A stretch of 64,000 bases of DNA from Octopus vulgaris (GCA_951406725.2 OX597821.1:41478001-41542000), one strand, 5' to 3'; positions 40,297 through 52,449 are shown, numbered from the stretch's first letter. Numbers and translations are program-made. The notes: generated by a model not told the origin, from the sequence alone.

Positions 40297-41660
40297 GGAG
40301 TAAACACAAATGTGAAACAAGGTGGAAAAAAGAGTACTCAAATACCAGTGGTAGAGTAATATGCTTTATTTTAAGCAGCAGAAAATTCAACAAAATCTGT
40401 TACTCTGAGTTTCTCGTTGCCGTTCATCAGACAGTTTTTGCTAGAATGGAACTTATATATTAATTCAATCTATACTCTTACAAACGCTACACCTTTAAAA
40501 AGAAATGGACTTGTTTGATTGGCCCTTTAGAAAAAACGGTCAATCTTCGAGCGATAAACAAAAAGGTCAAAAATATATGTATATATATATAAAAAAACTT
40601 ATAAAAATTATAAAATCCGAGGAAAAAACCGAGGAAAAAACCTATTGCCGTTAATGAAGACAGTACAAATTAATGCATAGAAATTAAACCTGTTATAAAT
40701 ACTGCAATACATATTTATATTAAAATCCACATATATATCTCAACATACACAAAAGGATGCGCGTAAACGCCATACATACATATACAGACGTATGAATATG
40801 AATCTAAATTATACACATAAAAGCATGTGTACATATATTCACGCAAACCGTCTCGCACGCAAGCTAAAATTCATCTATGTAGCAATTCTCATATACTGAG
40901 CAAGGAGGGGGAACGAAAGAAAGGGAAAGAGAGAAAAAGGAACGAAGGAGGGTGGGGAAAAAACTTGTAGCGATGTTATTGGCATCTATAGAGGCCAGTA
41001 TACATACACAAGTTTGAATTGATACATATACATACCGTCGTGTGTATGCGTGCTTAAGCACAAGCATACTTTCACTTACACATACACAGATACGCATGCT
41101 TACAAATACATATGCTTTGCTATACACATACTTATATAAACATTCTAATTTTGACAACATTGCTTTTTTTTAAAAAAAACATTGCTTTTAAAAAAATGGG
41201 TGCATTAATAAAAATATATACGAAAGACATATAAAATAAAATATAACATCCTATTTTGGGTCATTTATAAATAATCAAGGTAATATAAATAATCAAGGTA
41301 ATCCTATGCAATACAATAACATGAAAACAAAGTTTGTAGGTTTTTCCTAATATATATGTAGAAACAATAAGACTTTGCTATAGGTCCGTCGTAGCGCTCA
41401 AGAGTCAAAATCAAAATCAAAAATCAAAATACAAAATATATACTCTATCCATATGGTATATTTATATTCGACATTTTAAATTTAGCCGCGTGCCTACATA
41501 AGTTCATTAACTCACTTCTTTGATTCAAAGAATTATTGTCTTTGAATAATATGTGCATTTTCTCTAATAAGCAAAGCCTGCACTTGAAATTATATTTGTA
41601 AGCTCCATGCCTGTATGGTGCCGCCCTGTCCAGAATGCTCCATGTCACGTTGAAAGGTGG
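40274..41660 (-). mobile_element. Penelope-like element 3' part (Naiad-like endonuclease C-terminus, UTR/pLTR)
   Basis: FNVTWSILDRAAPYRHG...CRLCLLEKMHIL...LNQRSELMNLCRHAAKF* (stop at 41445); hammerhead near the end; terminates in (TA)n. Confidence 0.8.
40397..40434 (-). ncRNA. Minimal type I hammerhead ribozyme motif
   Basis: ctgt-CTGATGA-a-cg-GCAA-cg-a-GAA-actc-a-gagt-A-acag: stem I ctgt/acag, short stem II with GNRA loop, quasi-palindromic stem III, GUA site. Confidence 0.8.
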
Positions 41661-42658
41661 GGCTTCCTTTTCTGTCTCAGGCGGCATTGAACTGAAACCA
41701 TGCAGTTGAGAAGTGAACTTGTTAACCACCCAGCTAAGACTCCATAATAAATAAAAAGAGGTAACCAGAGCAGGATTTGAACACTCCCTCATCAGCATTG
41801 GGTCTAACAAACATTATGGCTAAAGAGATTTGTGAAGCTCTTATACAATGTGTTGCTAGTTATTATAGAAATTCAACTCAGCTGATCTTTGGTTATTGGG
41901 GTTTATAGCATTGCAGGAAGGAAGTGCCAATAATACCAACAAAATTGCACTTAAGTACCTGAGTAAAGAAAAGTCCTGTGGCATCTCTAGGTTTAGGTGT
42001 TAAGACTGCTTTCTACAGGATGTAACAGCGTTACCAATTAGATTCTGGTGCTTACGGTGAACAAACGAGAATAAAATTAGTATTTACATTTGTTACAGTT
42101 ATTTAATTAGAATCATTACCGAGAGAGCTCTCGTTTTGTGAGTGTATGTGTGTGCATATGTGTGTGTATATGTATGTGTGTATGTGTGTATGTTCGTACA
42201 TACATATGCATATATATGTATACACACATATATGTATAGACTCACAAGCAATGTATGAATGTAAGTTTGTGCCTGTACATTAATCTGTATGGACAGGAAT
42301 TTATTTTGAATTAAAAATGTATAGAATGTAATAAAACATAGACGTTACCATTTGAAGGAAATGGAATGGTGACGTTGGTAGGGAACTGATTGAAATATTC
42401 TATAGATAGGATCCGGTTTAATTCTGAGATTAAGAAATTCATTTCGTGCTACGCAGTACAAGATTTCACCTCACACTATGGCACCTTCAGGAAATGATCT
42501 CTGCTATAGCGTCAGGTTAACCGATTCCTTGGGAATAGCATGGTGTAGATGGAAACTGTTCAGAAGCCCATTGTGTATGTGTGTGTGTGTGTGTGCATGT
42601 GTGTACACGTGTGTGTGTGTGTAAGCGTATATGTATAGATATGACTATATAGATATAG

Positions 42659-43060
42659 GAGGTGCAGGAGTGGCTGTGTTAAGTAGCTTGCTTCCCAACC
42701 ACATGGCTCTGGGTTCAGTCCCACAGCATGGCACTTTGGGCAAGTATCTTCTACTATAGCCTTGAGCCAAACAAAGCCTTGTGAGTGGATTTGGTAGAGG
42801 GAAACTGATATATATATATATATACATACATACATACATACATGCATACATATATACATACATACATACATACATATATGTATTATGTGTGTGTATGTTT
42901 GTGTGTCTGTGTTAGTCCCCCCGTGTTTACGTACCCGTAGCAAAAGAGACTAGTAGAATAAGTACTAGACTTACAAAGAATAAGTCCTGGGGCCATTTGA
43001 TCAACTAAGAGTGGTGCTCCAGCATGGCTGCAGTCAAATGACTGAAACAAGTAAAAAGTA
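42659..43060 (+). mobile_element. SINE family A
   Basis: Homologous to 35192-35610 with an internal deletion. Confidence 0.88.
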
Positions 43061-43117
43061 GATACACATGAGAAAAGGGATAAAAGGCCCTGGACATTAA
43101 ACGATGGTGATGATGAT

Positions 43118-43185
<68 letters not shown>

Positions 43186-43217
43186 ATGTGTATACATATG
43201 TATATGTGTATACATAC

Positions 43218-43435
43218 GGTGACACGTAAAAGCACCATCCGTTCGTGGCCGTTTGCCAGCTCTGTCTGGCACCTGTGCGGGTGGCACGTTAGGAAGGGCA
43301 TCCAGCCGTAGAAACACTGCCAGATCTGACTGGGCCTGATGAAGCCTTCCAGCTTCACAGACCCCAGTTGAACCGTCCAACCCATGCTAGCATGGAGAAC
43401 GGACGCTAAATGATGATGATGATGATGATGATGAT
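43218..43435 (+). mobile_element. Family D retroposon
   Basis: ggtgacacgtaaaagcacc...ccaacccatgctagcatggagaacggacgctaaa(tga)n. Confidence 0.85.
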
Positions 43436-44309
43436 GTGTATATATATATATATATACTTACCACCCCACGACCCTACGTCTCCAACGCACCATTCTTCGA
43501 GCTTTCCGTCATCTCCAGTCCGACCCGTCCACTTCACACCTCTTCCCTAACCGACCCCTCCCCTCTTTCAAACGAGCCCACAACCTTCGAGACCTTTTGG
43601 TCCATAGCTCCTTCCCTGACCCTACCTCCCAACCCGGCTCGTTCCCCTGCTCCCGCCCACGTTGCCGCACTTGCCCTTACCTCTCCAACACCACCCGCCT
43701 CACTAGCACCCACCATCGACCCTATCCCATCATCCACTCCTTCACCTGCACCTCCAGCATCTCTTGCTCTCTCTGCAATTCCTTGTACATCGGACAAACG
43801 GGACGCCGTTTGGCTGACCGGTTCGCGGAACACCTTCGTGATATCCACCTTGCGAACGACACACCGGTCTCACGCCATTTCCGCTCCACCGGTCACTCCT
43901 TGCAACACCTATCTGTGTTCGGCTTGTCCTTACACAGAGGCCATCCGGATTTCCGTTTGCGCCGTGAACAGGAATTAATCTTCTCTCTTCGCTCTTATAC
44001 GCCATTTGGTCTCAACCCTCCCCCCCTCCTCATCTAACCCCCCTCTCCCCCTCCTCACCTATCCTTTTCCCCCCGTCCCCTACTTCTTCAGTCCTTCATC
44101 CTTTCACCCCTACTCGCCTTCCCTTCTTCCCTCCTACCCTCTGCTCCCTCACTCCCCTTCTCTCTCCCCCTCTCCCTCTTTCCTCCCCCTCCTCCCCTTC
44201 CTTCTCCCCCTCCTCTCTCCCCCCTCTTCTTCCCCTCCCCTTCTCTCCCCTTCCCCTCTTCTCCTCACTACACCACACGACTTTACACATCACATCATAT
44301 ATGATGTGC

Positions 44310-44630
44310 CATACTAATACATACACCAACTAATACATACTAATACGTACTAATACATACTAATACATACACCAACCCTATACATACACACGTCCAGACC
44401 CCTCATACGCACTTATACTCTCTCATACACACACACACACACACTTATACATACTAATACGTACTAATACATACTAATACATACACCAACCCCATACATA
44501 CGCACGTCCAGACCAATCCTACGCACTAATACTCTCTCATACACACACACACACACACACACCCTTATACATACTAATACATACACCAACCCTATACATA
44601 CACACGTCCAGACCCCTCCTACGCACTATT
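44310..44630 (+). repeat. ~110-120-bp tandem repeat (about 3 units) in the PLE 3' UTR
   Basis: Recurring atactaatacatacaccaaccc...cacgtccagacc...tacgcact. Confidence 0.85.
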
Positions 44631-44786
44631 TGCTGGTCCTTCAACCCTATTATCTCCCCTTATTTCGCTCTCGCGTCTCATGTTTGATCTTTGACCCCTG
44701 GCCGAAATCAGATCGCCATGTTGATTCGTTAGCTACAGCACGCATTTTTTCTCTCCTTCTTTCTGTGTTTTTTTTCTCTCTGTGTA

Positions 44787-44824
44787 TCTTTCTGTTGAAG
44801 AGCGTAGGCTCGAAACGTTAAAGA
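44787..44824 (+). ncRNA. Variant minimal hammerhead motif (CUGUUGA core)
   Basis: tcttt-CTGTTGA-a-gagc-gtag-gctc-GAA-acgt-T-aaaga; stems I and II pair and stem III is palindromic, but A6 is replaced by U. Confidence 0.6.
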
Positions 44825-44954
44825 CTTGTTTTATTTATATTTCCTGAGCGCCATACTAATACAATTGTTCGTTTGTTTTCCACCTGCCTTCGTCTTTTGT
44901 CTATTTTCATAAAGCTTCCCGTTATATATATATATGTGTGTGTGTGTATGTATA

Positions 44955-44999
<45 letters not shown>

Positions 45000-45236
45000 C
45001 TTGAGAAAGTCCATCACAGGTTCATTCATTTTTGCCTGATGAGAGAACTGGAGCTTCATGAAATAAAGTGTTTTGTTCAAGAACTCAATGCATCCTCCAG
45101 TCTGGGAATTGAAATCACGATCTTAGAATGATAAGTACAACACCCAATCCAAATCCACTAAGTCACACATCACATATACGTACATATACATACGTGTATA
45201 TGTACATATGTATGTGTGTATATGTATATGTGTATA

Positions 45237-45299
<63 letters not shown>

Positions 45300-45380
45300 A
45301 TGTATATATATATATATATATAGATATATATATATGTATATGTACATATACATATATATATATGTGTGTGTGTGTGTGTG

Positions 45381-45425
<45 letters not shown>

Positions 45426-45458
45426 TATATATATGTATATGTACATATACATATATAT

Positions 45459-45532
<74 letters not shown>

Positions 45533-45554
45533 ATATTTACATACATACATATGA

Positions 45555-45718
45555 TAGATCGCTAGCCACTACACATTCTTTATTTTCTCTCCTTGTTTCT
45601 TTCTGTGTTCCTTTCTCGAAACGTTTAAGACTTTCACTTCTTGAGTGTTATACTAATACATCTGTTTGTTCTCTACACCATCTGTCTTCGTCTTTTGTTT
45701 TTTTTTGTGAATTCTCTC

Positions 45719-45720
<2 letters not shown>
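45555..45720 (+). mobile_element. Related pLTR fragment with the hammerhead core deleted
   Basis: Aligns to about 44710-44922; reads ctttct|cgaaacg. Confidence 0.7.
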
Positions 45721-45757
<37 letters not shown>

Positions 45758-46764
45758 AGATATACAGGTACAAAATGCACAGTGACAGTGGCTCAAAACT
45801 CAAGGCAGACCTCGTGTAAGCAGTCTGTAGCTATCCAACCTTGGTTGACGATATTGATCCCTTGGAGTCGTTTAAGTCCAAAAGGAATTAACATGTCTGG
45901 TTGTCCTCAAAGTCAGATTAGTAAACCCAAAGTTCACTTCAAAGAATTTCAAAATAATTCCAGAGTATGTAAAAAAACATTCACTAGAATGAAGACTAAC
46001 GCATCTTTGATACAGGATAACATTATATAGAATGTCAACACATTGTTCCATTACATAATTATCTTTGGATATAATCAATGTTACAGCAAATAAATTGGTT
46101 CATACTGAATCGATTGTGATATTAGATATATCCAAAACTTTATGCTAACATAATTTTTCATAAGGTGACCCAGACACATAGAGATAAAACAAGAATTAAA
46201 ACTGTAGCATCAATACCTGAAGCCTGAGATGTACTCTTAACGTGAGTTCAGTGGACAATTGAAGAAATAAGTTTCTAAAAACAAAGAAGTGTGAATAAGT
46301 AAATGCGGATAGTTGGCCATTGAGGTGAGCAAAAATATCAATTTAAAAGATCACTGATGCCAGATAAAGAAGTATCGAACTTTGACTATAAATAAAATGA
46401 TGCTATGATCTGGGAAAGTAAATTAGATAGAGTTAATACAAAACAAAGCCACATACAAACACATACAAACACACAAATATACATACACACACAAACCAAA
46501 TATATACCAAATATATACGTTTTATTTATTATTTTGCACATTACTTAATCATCATTATATTTTTTTATCTTATGTTTAATCTTTCTATGATATGTAATTT
46601 TCTTGATGGTGTAATTTAATTTTTCATTATTGAATTGATAAAAGGTGTTTTTTTCTAATTTATATATATATATTATATTTTGTGAAATTTGATTTAGTAT
46701 TTCTAAATTGAATTTTTCCCTGTAAATTTGGAATAATATTCCCTCATATTATATATATATACAT

Positions 46765-46982
46765 ATAAAGATAGATGTGCCCAGTCTATGGGGAATACCC
46801 GGGGTTTCACATCTATAAAGTGCTTAGCTTTACAGCGTATTGTCAGACTCTGTAAAGCTAAGTGCTTTATGGACGTGAGACTCAGGGTCACCCCAGAGAC
46901 TGGCCGTATCTATCTTTATCTTCACACTCCACTGCTCTATAACTTAGAGTGTGCTTCTTTTTCGGATTTATGATTCTCTGAC
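46765..46982 (+). mobile_element. Long-hairpin-plus-tail element in (TA)n, copy 2
   Basis: Hairpin 46765-46919, then tail ...gctctataacttagagtgtgcttctttttcggattt; shares gcgtattgtcagac and the tail with copy 1. Confidence 0.8.
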
Positions 46983-46997
46983 TATATATATGTATGA

Positions 46998-47041
<44 letters not shown>

Positions 47042-47046
47042 ATACA

Positions 47047-47078
<32 letters not shown>

Positions 47079-48136
47079 CGCATTATGCTTCATAAATGTT
47101 CATGTCATTGTTGCACAGGGGCCGTTCTAATCTCTCTATTGTTCTAATTTTAGAATATGTACTGCCGTAGCTGGTATGTGTATGCCCTTCAACAGAGAGA
47201 ACATTTTGGTACTGAAATTCACAAAAACCCTTACCATTCTTAGTGTTTATTAAACTAATAACAACCATCCAGAGAGACAAAATCTCTAACAATTATTCCA
47301 TTAAGTATTTGCATCATGGAACCAAAACCAATTTCTAATAATTATAAAACTAAATCAGGCAAAAAAATATTTTGGTAATTCCAGACATCTTCCTGGCAAA
47401 ATGCAGAGATTTGTAGCAGATATTTATTTATTTCTATCTTATATTTTTCTGAAGTTTACTCATCTTAGTTTCAAGAAAAACAAAACTGGAAGAAATGTTG
47501 CTAAACATTAGGAAGAAGAGAAATATTTTCTTCGTATTAGTTCTGACATTGTAAGAAAATGTTTGTACAAACAAAACGGAAATGATTTCAAACATAATTT
47601 TAAATGATTTTTTTTTTCTATTAATTTCTTTTCATCAAAACTACAGATGAAAGAGATTCTATATTTTTGCCTTACTTTTTCTTCTGCAGAGAAACTTTCA
47701 AGAAATATGATCATATTTAGTTTGAAGAAATAAAGAAGAAAAAATATAAATGCTATCTTCAATAATTAGAATTCATAATATTTAGAGCGTTTTGTTTCAT
47801 TATATAATAATAATGGCATATAGATTCTTGGAATAATAACCAAGAAAATACCAGAAGTATCAAATAATGATAATTTATTAGTCTCACTAGAAAGTGCATC
47901 TTCATTTAACTGATGGTATTAATATTTTCAGTTTTACATAGGTATGCATGTGTGTGTATGTGTGTGTGTGTGTTGAATGTATGTGCATGTGTGAGAAGAG
48001 ATTGTATATTCGTGTGTGTGTGTACAGGAAAAGCTAATGGGGCAGTGCATCTGGTTTGGTAGATTAGTGTGTCATATCTAACTTTCAAGAGCAGTTGCTA
48101 TATAACATCATTGTGACAAAAGAAACGGTCAGTGCA

Positions 48137-48170
<34 letters not shown>

Positions 48171-48629
48171 ACCACTTCCTCCCTGACCATGACAAAACTT
48201 ATCATGGATATCTTGGGAGGGTCAAAGACAAATCTGGAACACAGGAGCAACAAGTCTAACATTGTTTTATATATTCAAACACTGATGTCATGTTTGAAGT
48301 TCTTCTGCTCAAACCAGTGTTTACCATTGAACTCTGTACACTTTACAAAGTAAACAGTAACACCAAATCCTCACACTTGGTTAATAAACCATGAGCTTCT
48401 CGTTCCTTTCCTATGAAGATAACTTTCAGTGATCACCTAACAGCATTTGATTGTTTGTATGTCATCACCAATAAACATAGGAAAGAGATAAAATGAGGTC
48501 TTTTAATTATGGCAGTTAGGATGTTTTTTCTTTGGGAAACAATCGTTTACCTTTGACTTGTCATCTCTTAGTCAATAATGTGCTCTCCCATTACAGTCAA
48601 CTGCTACAGTGGATTCTGGGAACTTGGTA

Positions 48630-49090
48630 TCAGCACCTGAGCCAATCAGGGACCCTAATCCACTCCTCAATGCACTGACATTGCTTGATTCAGTCCAATA
48701 GGAATGAGTACCCAATCCAATGTGAGTTTTACCTGTTTGTTGCACCCAACCCATTTACCTTGTGTGTCAATGGGGTACTGAAGGTAAGTTGTATGTGAAC
48801 TAATAAAGGTACTTGAGCTGATGAAGATATCTGTCAATAAGGGTACCCAAGCTAATGAAGGTATCAGCTATCATGAGTACCCAAGCCATTAAAATTTTAG
48901 GTGAAAAAGAAAGGGTACTCAAGTTAATGAGAGTGTAATCCAATTAACACACCCAGCTAACGTATGTGTGAGTCATTAAGGGTACAACTAATAAGGGTTT
49001 CCCAACTGATGAATATACCAGCCAATAAGGGTAACAAAACCAATGTGGGAGAGAGACAATAAGGGTACTTGAGCCAATGAAGATATGAAA
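48630..49090. repeat. Old degenerate ~33-bp minisatellite
   Basis: Recurring (c)aataagggtac(c/t)..agc(c/t)aatgaag. Confidence 0.6.
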
Positions 49091-49444
49091 AAACTGGTGA
49101 GTATAGCTGAATTAACTATGAAGTCTGAGCCAGGGAGGAAGCATCTACCAGGTTACTTGACCTACATAAAATAGCAGCCAAAGTTCACTCAGTTTCTTTA
49201 ATAGACTACAGAAATGTCCCTGTGTGACCTCTGGCTGAAAGAACTTACCATTGATATTATTTCTTCCACTACAGAAGTTTTGTGGACAGCGACAGTATCT
49301 CCAATTTACAATTATCAATCTCATCAAAATTATTTGATTATGTCAGTAGAATTTATCTTTTCAATGTTCTTCAGTAAATAGATTGTCCGCTTAAAATTGC
49401 TAATCATTATTCACTCTTTACATGAGAAAAATACATGTTAGTGC

Positions 49445-49550
49445 AGACTCACTTGTTTTTTCCTATCCAATCAGAGCTGACTCAGTTGGTTTTTCCTATC
49501 CAATCAGAGCTGACTCAGTTGTTTTTTGCTTTTCTATCCAGTCAGAACTG
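49445..49550. repeat. 33-bp tandem repeat, about 3 units
   Basis: gactcagttggtttttcctatccaatcagagct starting at 49446, 49479 and 49512. Confidence 0.9.
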
Positions 49551-51046
49551 TACATTCTTCAAACACTTTTCAAAAAGCAGTTCTCCCATATTGCCCATCC
49601 ATTCATTGAAAGAATGTAGGAGAATATTTTTCTGCACCAGAAGAAACCTTAAAACTTTATCTAAAAATGCCCACCTCCATCTAACCTGCAATATATTATC
49701 AAAAGGTTACAATGGATTGGTTACATGCACTGAAATAAATGCCCTAATTAGACAGAGTGTTCAGTATTTCACTTGAAGTTTGTCTACAAGGTGGGATTTA
49801 AAATGGTGTTATGGATAATTGAATCATTAGGGAACAACTCTGCCCTTTTGAGTGAAGTGCAGAGAAGCCTTCCACTGCTTGGTGACACCTTGTTTGTATC
49901 TGTTATTTCTAGAGACAAGGAGACCATTTATTACAGATTTCTATGAAATATCAAATGAGAGAGATAAAGAGACAGTTCTAAATAGCCATTTAGGAATATT
50001 TATATGTATTAAGATTTAAAATTTCACAGTTTCATTACTTGAAATTCATTTCAGCTGACAACAATCATTGAATGGAAAGTTTATGGTGTGTAATATTGAG
50101 CGTTTAGTTATAGAATCCAACGCACTCTACCCTGAGTGTTTAAAAATGAGTACACTAAGTTTGATGTAACTATCATAAATATTTTGAAATCTGCAGAGAA
50201 CTTCAACAGAAAATAAAAAAACTGGCTTTCATATTCAGGCAAGGAAATGTGGACTATCCAAAACCCTAACCTAAAGATAGTTGCCATTTCAACTACTTAC
50301 TATAAAAGAACCAACGAGTTATAAAAACACTGTAGATTGACTAAATCTGGGAGCAGCAGAAACATCATTTGTAGAATGCATCACAGCCAGTTTCAAAACC
50401 CTAAATGATGGATAAAATCTAGCAGTAACACAATGCAATCATTTGTAAGATACATTACAAACAGCTTTGAAAGTACCATACATTTGTTAAATTTAGGATT
50501 AGCAGACTGCATCACTTGAATACACTGACCAGTGATGATCATCAAAGATTACATGGTCTAACATCTACCACTACCACTCAAGAATGAAGAAGCATCTCGG
50601 ATCATTGTCTTTGGTCAGCTTGATCATGATTACAAAGAATATGAAATTTTAAATAGCAAATATAACTCTGTAGACGTAACAGAGCATTTAAGAAGTCCAT
50701 TCCATGGCTTCTTGTTTAAACCTATAGTACTGTCCTAAATGATGGTGCTCCAGCATGACCACAGTACAATACACGGAATCAGAAAGAAAATTAAAGAGAA
50801 AGAAGTAAAATTTTCAGTGAACTCGCTCAAATATTTTTCTTTATTTATATACCAAAACTTAAAATGTTTTTAAAAATATGGAATTTATCAGAAATTTCCG
50901 TTTCCAGACTGAATAGTCTTCAAAAACTTCTGATATATGTAATGGTCATGTGACCTGTTCTTGTTTCATTGATTATCTTTTATTTTTTACTCGTTTTGGA
51001 CATTAGACTGTGACCATGATGGGGTACCACCTTGAAAAGGGTAAGG

Positions 51047-51176
51047 TGCCTACAGCACCTTGGTTTCCAAAGCAGTCACCCATTTAATTACTAATTAAAT
51101 TACTAATTAGGCTCAATGTTGTTTAAATTTGGGGATCAAAGTAGAATCTCTGCGTTCAATGGAAAATGGCCACGAC
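51047..51176 (-). pseudogene. 5S rRNA pseudogene
   Basis: Reverse complement gtcgtggccat...ttgaacgca...gatccccaaatttaaacaaca...ttagtaattaaatgggtgactgctttggaaaccaaggtgctgtaggc follows the animal 5S rRNA layout, with many substitutions and a short internal duplication. Confidence 0.8.
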
Positions 51177-51637
51177 TTCCCTGAAATGGGGCTGTTTAAC
51201 CTGGGGACAAACCTGATTTGATCAGACTTATGATCAAAGGTATTCTAGTTATGACCATCCCATCTTTTTCAACATATGTAGGATTATGCTGTGCAACATA
51301 TGAATATAAAGATATATGGCTGCTGTTTCTAGCAGTTTCCTCACCCACATAGAGGTTCAGAGTGATGTGATATGAGACATTTCCACAACAGCTGAGCAAC
51401 CAAGGGTAACTGAATTATATGCATTTATGTTGTAAGTTTCTGAAATTCTATGGCTAGAATTTATTATGGCATCTCCATCCATTCATCCATTTTCTTCACC
51501 ACTATTTTTGGGAGGGTCATAGAGATTGAGTCCTCAGGACCCTCCTCCGTAGGGGCCAATCTGAAGCAACTGTCATTACATTTACCAGCTGGATTCCCAA
51601 ATGCAGCCAATGGAGACAATGGATTTTGTCCAACCAT

Positions 51638-51870
51638 AAGGTGGCGAGCTGGCAGAAATGTTAGCACGTGGTGCGAAATGCTTAGTGGTATTTCATCTGC
51701 CATTACATTCTGAGTTCAAATTCTGCCAAGGTTGACTTTGCCTTTCATCCTTTCGGGGTCAATTAAATAAGTATCAGTTACGCACTGGGGTCGATATAAT
51801 CGACTTAATCCGTGTGTCTGTCCTTGTTTGTCCCCTCTGTGTTTAGTCCCTTGTGAGTAGTAAAGAAATA
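51638..51870 (+). mobile_element. SINE family B
   Basis: 17-bp TSD ggattttg(t/c)ccaaccat at 51621-51637 and 51871-51887. Confidence 0.92.
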
Positions 51871-52399
51871 GGATTTTGCCCAACCATCTTGTTGAACCCA
51901 GGATCTAACCTGGGCCCAACAACAGGGTACACAGATTCTAACCCTGGATACTCTACTGCTTGGGTCAGCTTGCAAAAAATCCATGGCAATTAATTCTTGC
52001 TATAGCTTTAGACCTTGTATTGTAATTATTAGTCACCCATTTATCAGTAATTAAATGGGTGACTGCTTGGGAAACCAAGGTGCTGTAGGCATCTTACCTT
52101 TTTCAAGGTAGTACCCCAGCATGGTCACAGTCAAATGTCCGAAATGAGTAAAAAAAATAAAAGATAATCAATGAAACAAGAACAGGTCACATGACCATTA
52201 TATTTATCAGAAGTTTTTGAAGACTATTCAGTCTGGAAACAGAAATTTCTGACAAATTCCATATTTTTTAAAACATTTTAAGTTTTGGTATATAAATAAA
52301 AAAAAAAATTTGAGCGAGTTCACTGAAAATTTTACTTTTTTCTCTTTAATTTTCTTTCTGATTCTGTGAATTGGACTGTGGTCATGCTGGAGCTCATTG

Positions 52400-52400
52400 A

Positions 52401-52449
<49 letters not shown>

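Larger units (their letters stand above)
43458..44922 (+). mobile_element. Penelope-like element 3' part (Neptune-like GIY-YIG endonuclease, UTR, pLTR)
   Basis: YHPTT...FKRAHNLRDLLVHS...PGSFPCSRPRCRTCPY...FTCTSSISCSLCNSLYIGQTGRRLADRFAEH...PVSRHF...RLRREQELIFSL...PFGLN (stop at 44037); between (TA)n tracts. Confidence 0.92.
50747..52393. repeat. ~345-bp inverted duplication (arms 50747-51092 and 52046-52393)
   Basis: The arms are reverse complements of high identity, e.g. ccagactgaatagtcttcaaaaacttctgat / atcagaagtttttgaagactattcagtctgg. Confidence 0.92.

Noticed and set aside
43436-43978. 180-aa Pro/Ser-rich ORF and the antisense ORFs
   Set aside because: Alternative frames of the PLE endonuclease region.
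45038-45065. cctgatgag...gaaa hammerhead-like string
   Set aside because: The stems do not form, and the segment is a decayed minus-strand SINE C core.
51047-51176. Functional 5S rRNA gene
   Set aside because: Many substitutions, an insertion in the internal promoter region, and no array.
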